Source: Blastocladiella emersonii ATCC 22665
Taxonomy: Eukaryota; Fungi; Blastocladiomycota
Length of the DNA: 64,000 nucleotides
NCBI GenBank assembly: GCA_025594325.1
Contig: JANHCV010000013.1
Span: 310,001-374,000, forward strand
Direction: 5' to 3'
In this document: positions 1-10,004 of the stretch, piece after piece
Layout: each line of letters opens with the position of its first letter
Position numbering within the stretch: position 1 is the first letter of the stretch
Translations under genes and position numbers: made by a program
The notes under the pieces: model-generated
Database searches by the model: none
What the model was told of the DNA's origin: nothing
The model's input: only the letters and a program-made list of their open reading frames with translations

Positions 1-665
1 AGAAGCCCCGTGCCCGAGCCCCAGCCCTTTGCATCAACAATAGCGGCGCGAATGGCGTCACGGCTCGGGAGCGCACCAGACTCGAGTTCCTTGCGCGCGT
101 CGCGGAAGTCAGCAGCGTCCTGCTTCTTGGCCTCTGTGTACTTTGCACCAAGTTCAGGCTGACCGTTCCAGTTGCAGTACTTGGCCAGCGCCTTGAGCGT
201 CTCAACCTGCAGCCCCTGCTCGCCCTTGGACGCGCGGTACGCTCCCACAGCTTTGGACACGGCGTCAACGTCTTCAATGTCCATGCCCAACTTGGCAAAG
301 GCACAGAGCACGCGGGATGTCTTGGCCTTGTCTGTGTTGCTCAGCTCAGCCAGTTCCCCGTGCTTGTTCTGAACACGCGCGTTGACGCACGCCGCAATGG
401 ATTCCCTGGTCATCTGCGCGTACTTGACCTGGGGATCAGTGTCCATGGGTTCGCCAGACTCGTCAGCGGGAGTGTGATTGGAACTGTGATTGCAGTCACG
501 TGACACTGCAGCCAGCGCGGCGAGGCTGGTCTCAACTCCCTTGAGCCGCTCATCAAAGGACGCCAGCAGCGGCTTGATACCATCGAGCACTTGGTGCACT
601 ACGTCGGCGGCAACGTGCTGAGCAACAACCTTGGACACCTGGGACACAAGCGCTTCGAGAGACAT
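1..665 (-). CDS. Element-encoded hypothetical protein, 3' end outside window (more than 221 aa; MSLEALVSQVSKVVAQ...LPSRDAIRAAIVDAKGWGSGTGL...)
   Basis: Manually translated stop-free minus-strand frame from ATG 665 to the window edge, absent from the ORF track. Strong C/G-ending codon bias like the neighbouring replicase; head-to-head with ORF 755. Confidence 0.6.
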   Translation of the reverse strand, partial: MSLEALVSQVSKVVAQHVAADVVHQVLDGIKPLLASFDERLKGVETSLAALAAVSRDCNHSSNHTPADESGEPMDTDPQVKYAQMTRESIAACVNARVQNKHGELAELSNTDKAKTSRVLCAFAKLGMDIEDVDAVSKAVGAYRASKGEQGLQVETLKALAKYCNWNGQPELGAKYTEAKKQDAADFRDARKELESGALPSRDAIRAAIVDAKGWGSGTGL

Positions 666-754
666 CTTACCGTAGCCGCAGAAAAGAAGGCGTCACTGAC
701 TCAAGTGTGTTTGGCGGTATCGTTAAGTATATTGTGCGTCAATGGTAGGACACC

Positions 755-1249
755 ATGTGCGACAACGACGACTCGCCCAGTCCTCTTGGACGTCTGCTGC
801 TGGACATCCACAACTGCACAGGCAAGGTGGTCGACCTGAGCCAGATGAAAGCCTTGACCATGGACGCTGTGCGCAAGCAATGGCTGGGTGACAACGAGTC
901 TCTGACAGAGGCCATGAAGACGCTGCGTGTTGCTACTGCCCGTCTCGCTGTGTTGCAGCAAGTGAGAGGGAAGCCTGCAAAGACACAGGAGGTGTATGGT
1001 GAAGGGCCCATTTGCGACCTCCTGTGCTACTATGGCTCAAAGAAGGACCAGAACGCTGTCGTTGACTTTGCCCAGCTTGAGCAAGACTACCCTCTGGACA
1101 CGTCAGAGTGGGATGCCATCAAGAGAGAGTACCATGACTGGCTTGTCTGACAGTCCATGATGCGTCTTGCTGAGCTGTGTGTCCGGACAGACCGCAAGAA
1201 GAAGAAGAAGGTCAAGTTTGAGAGCGACTCGGACTACAGCAGCGCGTAA
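755..1249 (+). pseudogene. Element-encoded hypothetical protein (~164 aa) with one in-frame TGA at 1148-1150
   Basis: After TGA the same frame continues QSMMRLAELCVRTDRKKKKKVKFESDSDYSSA to TAA 1247-1249, including an NLS-like basic run. Confidence 0.5.
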
Positions 1250-1258
1250 ACGCGCCAT

Positions 1259-1587
1259 GGACACAGGCCAACAACACAATGCACAGGACAGGACAACGAC
1301 ACGATGCACAGGACAGGACAACAACACGATGCACAGGGCAGGCCAAGGACACAATGCACAGGGCAGGCCAACGACACGATGCACAGGACGGGCCAAGGAC
1401 ACAATGCACAGGACGGGCCAACGACACAATGCACAGGACGGGCCAACAACACAATGCACAGGGCAGGCCAACAACACGATGCACAGGACAGGCCAAGGAC
1501 ACGTTGCACAGGACAGGCCAAGGACACGATGCACAGGACAGGCCAAGGACACAATGCACAGGACAGGCCAACAACACGATGCACAGG
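1259..1587 (+). repeat. 25-bp minisatellite, ~13 copies (consensus GCACAGGACAGGCCAAC/GGACACG/AAT)
   Basis: GCACAGG recurs every 25 nt at 1281, 1306 ... 1581, with a partial unit before. Confidence 0.95.
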
Positions 1588-1730
1588 GTCTACAGACCAC
1601 CCACCTTACCTTTGCACAGGACAACTGCAATGGTAACTGAACACAGAGCTGGGGCTGTAGCGATACTGCCAAACGCATTAAACGCACTGTGCTCCTCGTT
1701 TTTTTTACGGTTCCAACAATAAGGAACAAC

Positions 1731-4055
1731 ATGGAGCAGACCCAAGTCCCTGCCGCGCTCAAGTCCACCATGGCCCGCCTGGACCAGCTCATGGACGACT
1801 TGCGCCAAGTTGTGCTCCACGAGCACTACGACAAGGACGCCCTCAAGATGCTCACAGCCAAGCACTCTGGCGTGCCGCAGGATGACAAGAAGAAGCTGCG
1901 CACGTACCAAGAGCTGGTCAAGCTCACCTATGGCGAGGGCAAGGAGACATCTTACTCGTTTGGTGCCAAGAAGCGCACTGATCAGAAGCGCTTTGGCCGC
2001 CTGTACGCGACCAGCGTCTCACTACAGTCGCTCAAGAAGGAATACCGCAACGCATTGGCTCATGGCGTGCTCCAAGACATTGACATGGTGGCCGCTGCAC
2101 CGTCCATTCTCCAAGGTGTGCTGCAGTAATTTGGGCTCCACAGCGAGGCGCTGGAACTGTACATTCGCGACCGCGCCGCTGCGCTTGCCAAGTACAAGCT
2201 CAAGGACAAGACCGAGTTCCTGTGCATGCTGTTCAACAAGCGCCTCCAGGACAATGTTCACCCTGACCTGGCCAAGATGCACCACATGCTGTACAACGTG
2301 GTCTTCCCCCAGGTAGTCATGCAGTACCCCGCGATTGTCAAGTTCTCCAAGGAGCGTTTGACGGGCCTCAACAAGGGCTCTGTGCTGTCCAACGTGTTCC
2401 AGGCCGTGGAGAGCATTGTGCTCATGGACGCCATCAAGTTCTTCCGCAACCACGGTCTTGTTCCTTCGGTTCTCATGTTTGATGGCCTCATGCTGCTCAA
2501 GGACGACAAGATCACGGACGACCTCCTCGCCGAGCTCTCTGCCCGCACCCTTGGAAACACCGGCTTTGCTATCACTTGGGCCAAGAAGCCCATTCCTCCT
2601 GGCTCTCTGGTCGACCGCGAGATGGACTTTCCCTTGCTGTGCGAGGACGTCGACGCCTTCCTGGTCGCCACCTTTGCTGACAAGCACTGGTACGATCAGC
2701 AGTTTGCCTTCAAGCTCCTTGGCCATGTGAAGAAGCGCCAGGACAAGTCAAAGACAGACCTCGCCGAGGAGATTGCCAGCTGGACCGCAGCCCTTGTTGC
2801 GTACGTGTCATCGTTTGTGCGCAAGGATGCCAGCAAGGTCACATACTACTTCCGCACCTCAGTCAACCAGCCTTGGAAGATGAACATGACGCGTGGCACC
2901 ATTGACATGGTCATGCACCCTGCCTTCCACGACTACATGCTGATAGTTGAGGAGCGCATCTTTGACTTCCACAAGCCGCAGTGGGGCGCGGTTGACAAGA
3001 TGTACGTTGACTACTTTAACGCCTTCCCCGGGTTCGCTGCGACCAACTTGCAGACAGACATCCTGTACAACAACGTGGCCATGTACCTTGACTACATTTG
3101 CAACATCATCTGCTGTGGACGCGACGCCGAGTTCCGCTACGTGCTCAAGTCGATGCAGATGCTCTTTACTACTGGTCAGGCCAACGGCGTGGTTCTCGCA
3201 GTAACTGGTCTTGAGGGCACAGGCAAGGGCTTCCTCTACGCGTCCATTGCCAAGTACCTCCTTGGCGAGTCGCTGTGTCTCACCATCAACAACGCCGTGA
3301 CCTTCCTCAGCGGCCAGTTCAACAGCGAGCTCGAGAACAAGTCCCTGGTCCTCTTTGACGAGATGCCAGCACAGAACGGTCGGGAGCGCAAGGCCATCTT
3401 TGACAAGCTCAAGAGCATGGTGACCGACCCCAAGACTCTGATCAACGAGAAGTGCGTCAAGAAGTACGAGGTGGCCAACATGAACAACTTCATGATTGCG
3501 TCCAACAACAGCAACATCCTGCCTCTCACTGAGAGCGGGCGCCGTGTCTTTGTTCTCAACTCATCCAACGCTCGCCGCTGTGACAGAGTCTTCTTTGCAG
3601 CACTGGACAAGTTTGTTGAGCGCAACGCGGACAAGATCTTCACGTACGTACTTAACCAGGACCTCAGCGACCTCAACCTCAAGAAGTTCCCGCGCAACAA
3701 GGATCGCAACGCCATGGTGGTAGCGGCCATGGACCCACTCACTGCGCTGGTCACAGAGATCAAGGAGTACGGCGGCTTCCCCGAGGGGCTCATGAAGTCT
3801 GGCGGCGTCACGGTCTTGTCCACCATGTCTTCAAGCGAGCTGTACAAGATGTACTGCGAGTTCGTCTACAAGCGCTTCCCTGGACAGCGCGTTGTGTCTA
3901 ACACGACCTTTGGGACCGCACTTGGCCGGATGGTTGACCTGAACAAGAAGGGCGACGCCAAGCTGTTCTCCAAGTCTGTCCAGCGCGTCAACGGCCGCCA
4001 AGTCCGCACGTACACCTACCATGGCCCCGGTTCCATGGCGCTGGACAACGAGTAA
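1731..4055 (+). pseudogene. TVpol (PolA-like primase-polymerase) fused to SF3/D5-like (DUF5906-type) helicase with C-terminal winged-helix-like domain; single in-frame TAA at 2127-2129
   Basis: ORFs 1689-2129 and 2226-4055 are in the same frame. TVpol-type motifs GRLYA..LQSL..EYR.AL, DIDM (2076-2087) and LMFDGLM (~2472-2492). Walker A GLEGTGKG (~3207-3230), Walker B LVLFDE, sensor IASNN. C-terminal SSELYKMYCEF...SNTTFGTAL. Confidence 0.85.
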
Positions 4056-4130
4056 GCACCATGGTTGTACACAGTCAATACATTGTTGTCTTTGGTCACT
4101 CAGTCGCTCAGGGATCAATGGCTTAGCCCA

Positions 4131-4403
4131 ACCTGTAACAACTTGTCACAGACCTGTCACAGACCTATTGGCCACCCCGAGCAAATAAAGACAAGTGTGA
4201 CAGGTGTGACAAGGTGACAGGTTATTGAAAAGCTTAGAAGAAAAAAAGGAGGAGAAGTGCACGATCTGTGCATAACCCCTACTTTTCTTTGAATAATGAC
4301 CGTGCCCATGAACAACCTGTCACACCTGTAACCTGTCACATACCCTATCGCCGCGGCCAATTGGATGTACAGGTCTGTGACAGGTTCAGCAACCTGTCAC
4401 AGG
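4131..4403. repeat. Iteron-like array: ~10 copies of (A)CCTGT(C/A)ACA in both orientations around an A/T-rich spacer (putative replication origin)
   Basis: Forward copies at 4131, 4141, 4152, 4315, 4324, 4331, 4392; reverse TGTGACAGG-type copies at 4196, 4205, 4214, 4376; A/T-rich 4222-4300. Confidence 0.8.
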
Positions 4404-4641
4404 TCGCCGCGCGTGGATGGATCACCGTGTCCACTCGCCGCACTGACCGCTGAGCCTTCTTGCTGAGCCCGCTCGCTGATCTACTCGCTGATGTACTCGC
4501 TAACAGTACGCTGAGCTACTCGCGGTAGACTGCTCACAGCTTGACTCGTGGCTGTGCTCAGGGACCAGACCAGGGAGACCAGTCAGTGGGTAGCCACAGC
4601 TGCGCTGCTCTTTGTCTCGCTGCGCTTGCCGGCCGCCGCCG

Positions 4642-5000
4642 ACCACCCGGGGTAAGCAATGGTCAGCCCGAGCGGTTGGTCAGGGACGGGCTCGGGGACT
4701 TGCCCGCAGATCGACTCGCAGATCGACTCGCAGATCGGGTCCACGCGCCGTTCATCTGCACGTGATCCACGTGATCCGCCCGCCACCCCTCTCCCTCCGG
4801 CCTTCAGCCTCCGCCCGCGTGTCGTGTTCCCTAAGGGAATGCGACATATGGCATACGACATATTATTAACCACCCGGGGTAAGCAACTGGGTCTCACGTG
4901 GTTAGCCCAAGTGACTGCCCGCCAACTGATTGGGGTAAGCAATTGGTCAGCCCGAGTGGTAGTGGGTCAGCCCATGTCGTATCCCTTCAGGGATACGACA
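4642..5000. repeat. Direct repeats (ACCACCCGGGGTAAGCAA x2, GGGGTAAGCAA(T)TGGTCAGCCCGAG x2) and two related palindromes
   Basis: Exact 18-mer at 4642-4659 and 4869-4886. Perfect 12-bp-arm palindrome TGTCGTATCCCTTCAGGGATACGACA at 4975-5000; imperfect sister TGTCGTGTTCCCTAAGGGAATGCGACA at 4820-4846. Confidence 0.85.
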
Positions 5001-6199
5001 CTTACTCTGCCGGGTTACAATACCACGACATTTCTCACCTCAAGGATTCGAACCCCCCACGACACGTGCTTCCCGAATAGACCACCATTGCAATGTTTGT
5101 GGACGCGAGTCTCAAGCCAAGACACCCTCTCCCACTTCCACAGACGGACGCGTCATGTTGAGAACAAGGTGCGCGCGCGCGTCTGAAGCCAAGCGAGCTG
5201 GTCCTTTGTGGTTGGCAGACAAACGGTGTAACGGGTTGCTGATGTTCTTCAGATGGGGGGGAGCCAGTCGGAATCAACTGCTTAATTGATATTCGCTGTT
5301 CTCATCTTCCCCCGGCCTCGCAATCAAGCAATCATCAAGTCCGCATCATGGCACTGCTTGGCGAGACCGCGGCCGATTGCACAACGCGCCGCGCTCTCAC
5401 ACCTTTGCTGACGACGTTCAGGTTGAGCTCGACATGGTTCGGGCTGAGAACTACCAGAATCAGCAGCTCGTCGCCCGGCGCGTCGCCGTTGCCGTGCGTG
5501 CATCAGGTAAAGGAACACGAGGTCAGCTGGCAACATGGTGCCGTGGTGGCTCTTGGACTCTGCGAGAGCGCAAACGTTTTCTAAGCCCCCGCGGCGATCA
5601 CGGGTCCTCGTGCACGGCGCGGGAAAGTCCTGGTCTTGCGGGCCGCGACGCCGGGCTGCATGCGGACGGGCGAGCGGTGGTGGTGGGTCGTGGCGGCGGA
5701 CGGGACGGCGGCGTACTTGGACACGGTGAAGAAGTGCGACTGATTAATGTCCGCGGACTCCTCGCCGCCTCCCGCGCGCCCCAGGCGTGCGGACCCGCCT
5801 CGACCAACCCCGCACGCGCGCGCGCGCGCGGCAAACTAGACAGGGTGTGCGTCGGTTGGCTGCGCGCCGTTGGGCCGCGGCAGGTCCGCGGCAAGAAACT
5901 CGGCGATCGCGGGCAACCATTCGTTTGACTCGTCCGAGTCCTCGAGATGGCAGTCGCACGCCCGTTGGGCGGCGGCAAGCTCGCGTTCTGGCTGACCGCA
6001 AGCTGACAACTAAACTATATATATAGATTGTCCGCAGCAGCGACTCACAAATTAGATACTCCGAGAGCGCGACGCGCCTGCGGCAACAAACGACATTTCG
6101 GAGTGAGCCGTGGCCCACGGATCCGGAAACTGATCTGCCTGGTAAGCGTCGAAAGGATTGGCCGCAACGTACCGAGCCCACCGAGCGAGAGTTGCGACA

Positions 6200-7570
6200 C
6201 ACACAACGCGTGAAGAAACACGGCCACATAGTAGTCGCGTATGAGAGTACTGTACCGGAATCGCGTCGCTGTGAAAGGCCATGAGCAGAAGGGAAACGAG
6301 GATCGGATCGTGAAGCTCTCGGAAGTGGAGGAGCGCGGCGAGCAAGACGGGCGGTATGTAGAGCAGGTTGAGGATCAGCCGCGACTCGCCAACAAGTTCT
6401 ATGGTCTGGGGCACCGTCGGCGAGTCACGCAGGGTTGCAACGATGGCCGGGTCGAGGTGCCGCAGGAACGCAAATATAAGGACCTCGAAGCAGTCGAGGC
6501 GCTCGTTGAGCTAGCTACTCGACGACGGCCGCGTCAAACTCTCCACCCGCCTCGCATTTCATGCGTGGCGTGGCAAGAGCGAGCTCGCTCAAGCTCGAGC
6601 TTGACCAGATCGGCAAGCATGATTGATGTGCAGCTGCGCAAGGAACGGCTCGTGCACAGGCTTGACAATCGAATCAAGCAGGTCCAATGCGCGCGTCGAC
6701 GACGAAGTGAGATCAGACGCAGAATGTCTCGGCACTCGCGCGCCGTCGAGTAGAGCGCGAACCGCCGGATCAGGTTTCAGGCATTTCCCTTCTCAAGCAG
6801 CCCGGTCGCGCCATGCGTTGAAACGGTGTGTGAAGCAAGAACAGCGCGGCCGTCGGGACTGTGGTTTTGATATCGAGGTCAGCGGAGAAGCCGTCAGCGC
6901 CCACGAGCGGGGCCATCGACTTGGCAAACTGGTGGTGCGCTGTGAGTTGGCGAACCTCCAATGAGGGCATTGTCCCACGCAGGGCCGTGCGGTAGCAAGT
7001 CAAGCAGGTCGCATCCAGAAAGTCAGAGGCATACTTCTCCATGACGTGATCCAACATGGTACGAAAGCAGTCCGTGCCGAAGATTGTTTCGTAGACAAAC
7101 AAGTTCGACGATCCGCGCAGACTGACGCCCTCGATTTCCGGGAAAGGCCGCACGTTGACGAGCCTCAATCCTGTCCAAGTTGACCTTGACTCGGTTGCGG
7201 AAGCGCGACCAGATGGGGTCAAACGGGAAGCCGGGCGAATGCACGAGCACGCGGAGCATGGTGAAGTCGGAGTCGTTCCCGGCAGCCGCATTGGACCAGC
7301 CGTCAGCGTAGAGCCAGTCAAAAATGGCCGCCACGTCTTGGTAGTAGAGCGTCGTGTAAGCGTCGTCGCCACAGGTCGATCAGTAAACCAGCCAATCGGC
7401 AGCCGTTGAGGACGAAATGAAGGCAACAACCTTGGGCGCAGTCAGCTGTTGGTTGAGCGTTAGAGCAGCACTCGAGGATACCGCAATGAGAGTCCTTGAT
7501 GGCAGCACCTGCGAGTGCGACCGCGGGGTGAGTGAAAGCGTGCGGGAATTCGAAAACCTTGACCATTCCG
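6200..7570 (-). pseudogene. Degenerate ankyrin-like/helical repeat gene relic
   Basis: Protein-like segments in shifting frames (AGAAIKDSHCGILECC; AAIFDWLYADGW; LILNLLYIPPVLLAALL) resembling relics at 25.6-26.5 kb and 39.4-40.0 kb. Confidence 0.35.
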
Positions 7571-8079
7571 CCATGAGTAAGCCGGCCAAACGCGCGAGGA
7601 CCGAGTGTCGCTACTGGGACGCGGGGCGGGCGAGCTCAACCAGTTGCAGTCAGTCCGTTGGGCTTCGACTCGACGTCTCGCGCCGAGACGTAAAGCGTGC
7701 AGAAATGACCTTGCGACAAGACAACAGCAAGCGACGCGGTCACGACGGCAAGCTCAGGGAGCCGCCTTGCGAGCCGGAGGGCGGCAAGCGCGGAAGTTCG
7801 CCGAACCACAGCGCCTAGTGAGAATGCATGGTGTTGATGCGTGGTTGCGGGGAGTGCGAGTGCCGTGCGGGAGCTGAGTGGGGTGTGGGGAAGCGAAGCG
7901 GGCAGCGCGACGCGTGGCGCTCGTTCCGGCGGAGGCGGCCACGTGGCGGCGACGCGTGCGCCATGCGCCAAGTGGTCAAGCCTTCGTTCGTCTTTCGCCC
8001 CCGGTGCGCGCCGCCCCTCTCCTCTCTCTCCCCAGTGAGCGACCACTAGGACTCTACGCATCAACACTCTGCAACCACC

Positions 8080-9969
8080 ATGCCGCCGTCGCTGCCGCAC
8101 CGCCCGCCCCGGTGCCGCGCCGCCGGCGCCCGCGTCACGACCCCTCGACTCGCGTCGCTCGTGGTGCTGCTGCTCGCCGCCCTCCTCACCTTTGCCGCCG
8201 TGGCGCGCGCGCAGGACGCGCCGCCCATGACGCCCGAGGACGAGGGCGCCGACTTGCTGGATGACCTGATTGTGCGTTCGTTCTTGCGGGGACTTGGTGC
8301 CAAGCACGAGCTGACGCGCTTGTGGGGATGTAGGACGAGCAGCTCATGATCAACCGCATCTGCTTCGCCATGAACGCCAAGAGCTCGATCCCGGGCGGCC
8401 AGGACGCGTTTGTCGAGGGTACGCTTCGCTTGCGCGCGGTACCCGTCCAGGAGCACGACTGACCTTGTGCGAACATGTAGTCAAGTACGTGCCGCCGTCG
8501 CAGGGCGCCGCCGCCCTCGCCGTCTACAACATTCTCGACCAGGGGCTGCTCGGCGCCCCGCTTCCCGTACGCTCCCCCACCACCCGCGCGCAACCCGCCC
8601 CCTCTAACCCAGATACGTGTAGCCGCCCGACAAGTTCGGGTACCTGTGCACGGAAAAGGGCCGCGAGGCCGGCATCTGCACCGAAGTCGGCGCCATTCTG
8701 TTCCGCAACGCGACCTCGGTCGGCAAGACCGTGCACGCGCCGATCCTGTCCAAGGTCATCTCCTTTGACGACGTGGTGCTGCCGTACCCGGTGCGGTACA
8801 ACGTGACCAGCACGGGGCTCTACTGCCTGATCGGGATGCCGCTGGGCGGGTTCGGCGACGAGGCCATTGCGGACGCGGACCTGCGGTACGTCAACGCGCA
8901 CGGCCTGCTGCCCGCCGTCGACTACCCGAAGCTGCCCTTCTACGGCGTCACGTGCCTCGTCTACCTCGCGGTCCTGTTGCTGTGGATGGGCAAATCGGCG
9001 CTGCACTGGTCCGAGATCCTGCCCGTGCAAAAGAACATTTCCGGGGTCGTGGCGTTCCTGGTGGTCGAGACCGCCGTCAACTACTTCTACTTCCTCGACT
9101 GGAACGACCGCGGCGAGCAGTCGTGGACGCTGCTGGTCCTCAGCGCGGTCCTCAACTCGGCCCGCAACTCGGTCTCGCTGTTCCTGCTGCTCATCGTCGC
9201 CATGGGATACGGCGTCGTGAAGCCGTCGCTCGGCGACGACATGCGCCGGTGCCAGACGCTCGCGCTCGTCCACCTCGTCTTCGGCGCCCTGTACACGGGC
9301 TTCACGCTCAAGCAGAGCGAGCACAAGGGGCTCGGCATCCTGCTCGTCGTGCTCCCGCTCGCCATCACCCTGACCGTCTTCTACGTGTGGACCCTGACCG
9401 CGCTCACCGCGACCACCCAGCACCTGCAGCTGCGCCGCCAGCACTTCAAGCTGCAAATGTACAGCGCGCTGTGGCGCCTGCTCTTCTTCGCGGGGCTCAA
9501 CCTGGTCCTGTACTTCATCGTCAACACGGTGTGGTTCAGCAAGCGCGACGACGTGGTCTTCATCGCGCGGTGGTGGCGGTGGCGCTGGTTCGTCGTCGAC
9601 GGCTGGCTCAACGCGCTGTACTCGGTCTCGATGCTCGTCGTCGCGTGGATGTGGCGCCCGACTTCGAACAACGCCCGTTACGGGCTCGAGGAACTCGTCT
9701 CGGACCCGCTCGAGGACGAGTTCGAGCTCGACGCACCCGATATGTTTGACCCCGACCGGTTCGCGCCCGGCGCCCAGGCTAAGCGCCGCGCGGGCGCCGA
9801 CGGCGATCTCAACGCCGGCGTCGTGTTCGCGCTCGACTCGGACTCGGAGTCGGATGATGAAGGCGTCGGCGCCCCCGCGCTCGGCGCCGCGCGGCTCCGG
9901 TCCCGCTCGCCCAGCCCGACGCGCGGGGCTCCATTGCGCGCGTCCACGTCGTCGTCGTCCGACTACTGA
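8080..9969 (+). CDS. PTM1: Lung seven-transmembrane receptor family (PTM1/GPR107-like) membrane protein; 3 introns, first 8272-8333
   Basis: Signal peptide, YNVTSTGLYC luminal motif, YPKLPFYG, 7 hydrophobic segments, RWFVVDGW, WRPTSNNARY. Canonical introns join the exons in frame. Confidence 0.85.
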
Positions 9970-10004
9970 TCTTTTCCAAGTAACGAAATATATCACCTTC
10001 ACTC

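Larger units (their letters stand above)
1..5000. mobile_element. Right part of an integrated virus-like/Polinton-like-virus-type replicon (TVpol-SF3 helicase element); left end outside window, right boundary approximate
   Basis: Compact intron-less ORFs, a TVpol-helicase fusion, a 25-bp minisatellite, an iteron array and palindromes at 4130-5000. Composition looks less CpG-rich than flanking host genes (judged by eye). Confidence 0.6.

Noticed and set aside
1259-1587. Regularly spaced repeat as a CRISPR array
   Set aside because: Units are contiguous 25-mers with no unique spacers, there are no cas genes, and the context is eukaryotic.
1103-1792. Cys-rich repetitive ORFs across the minisatellite
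   Set aside because: They are artefacts of a stop-free 25-bp repeat that is open in several frames.
5030-5090. tRNA gene suggested by minus-strand GGTTCGAATCC (B-box)
   Set aside because: The candidate A-box is only ~18 nt away, and no acceptor or anticodon stems could be formed.
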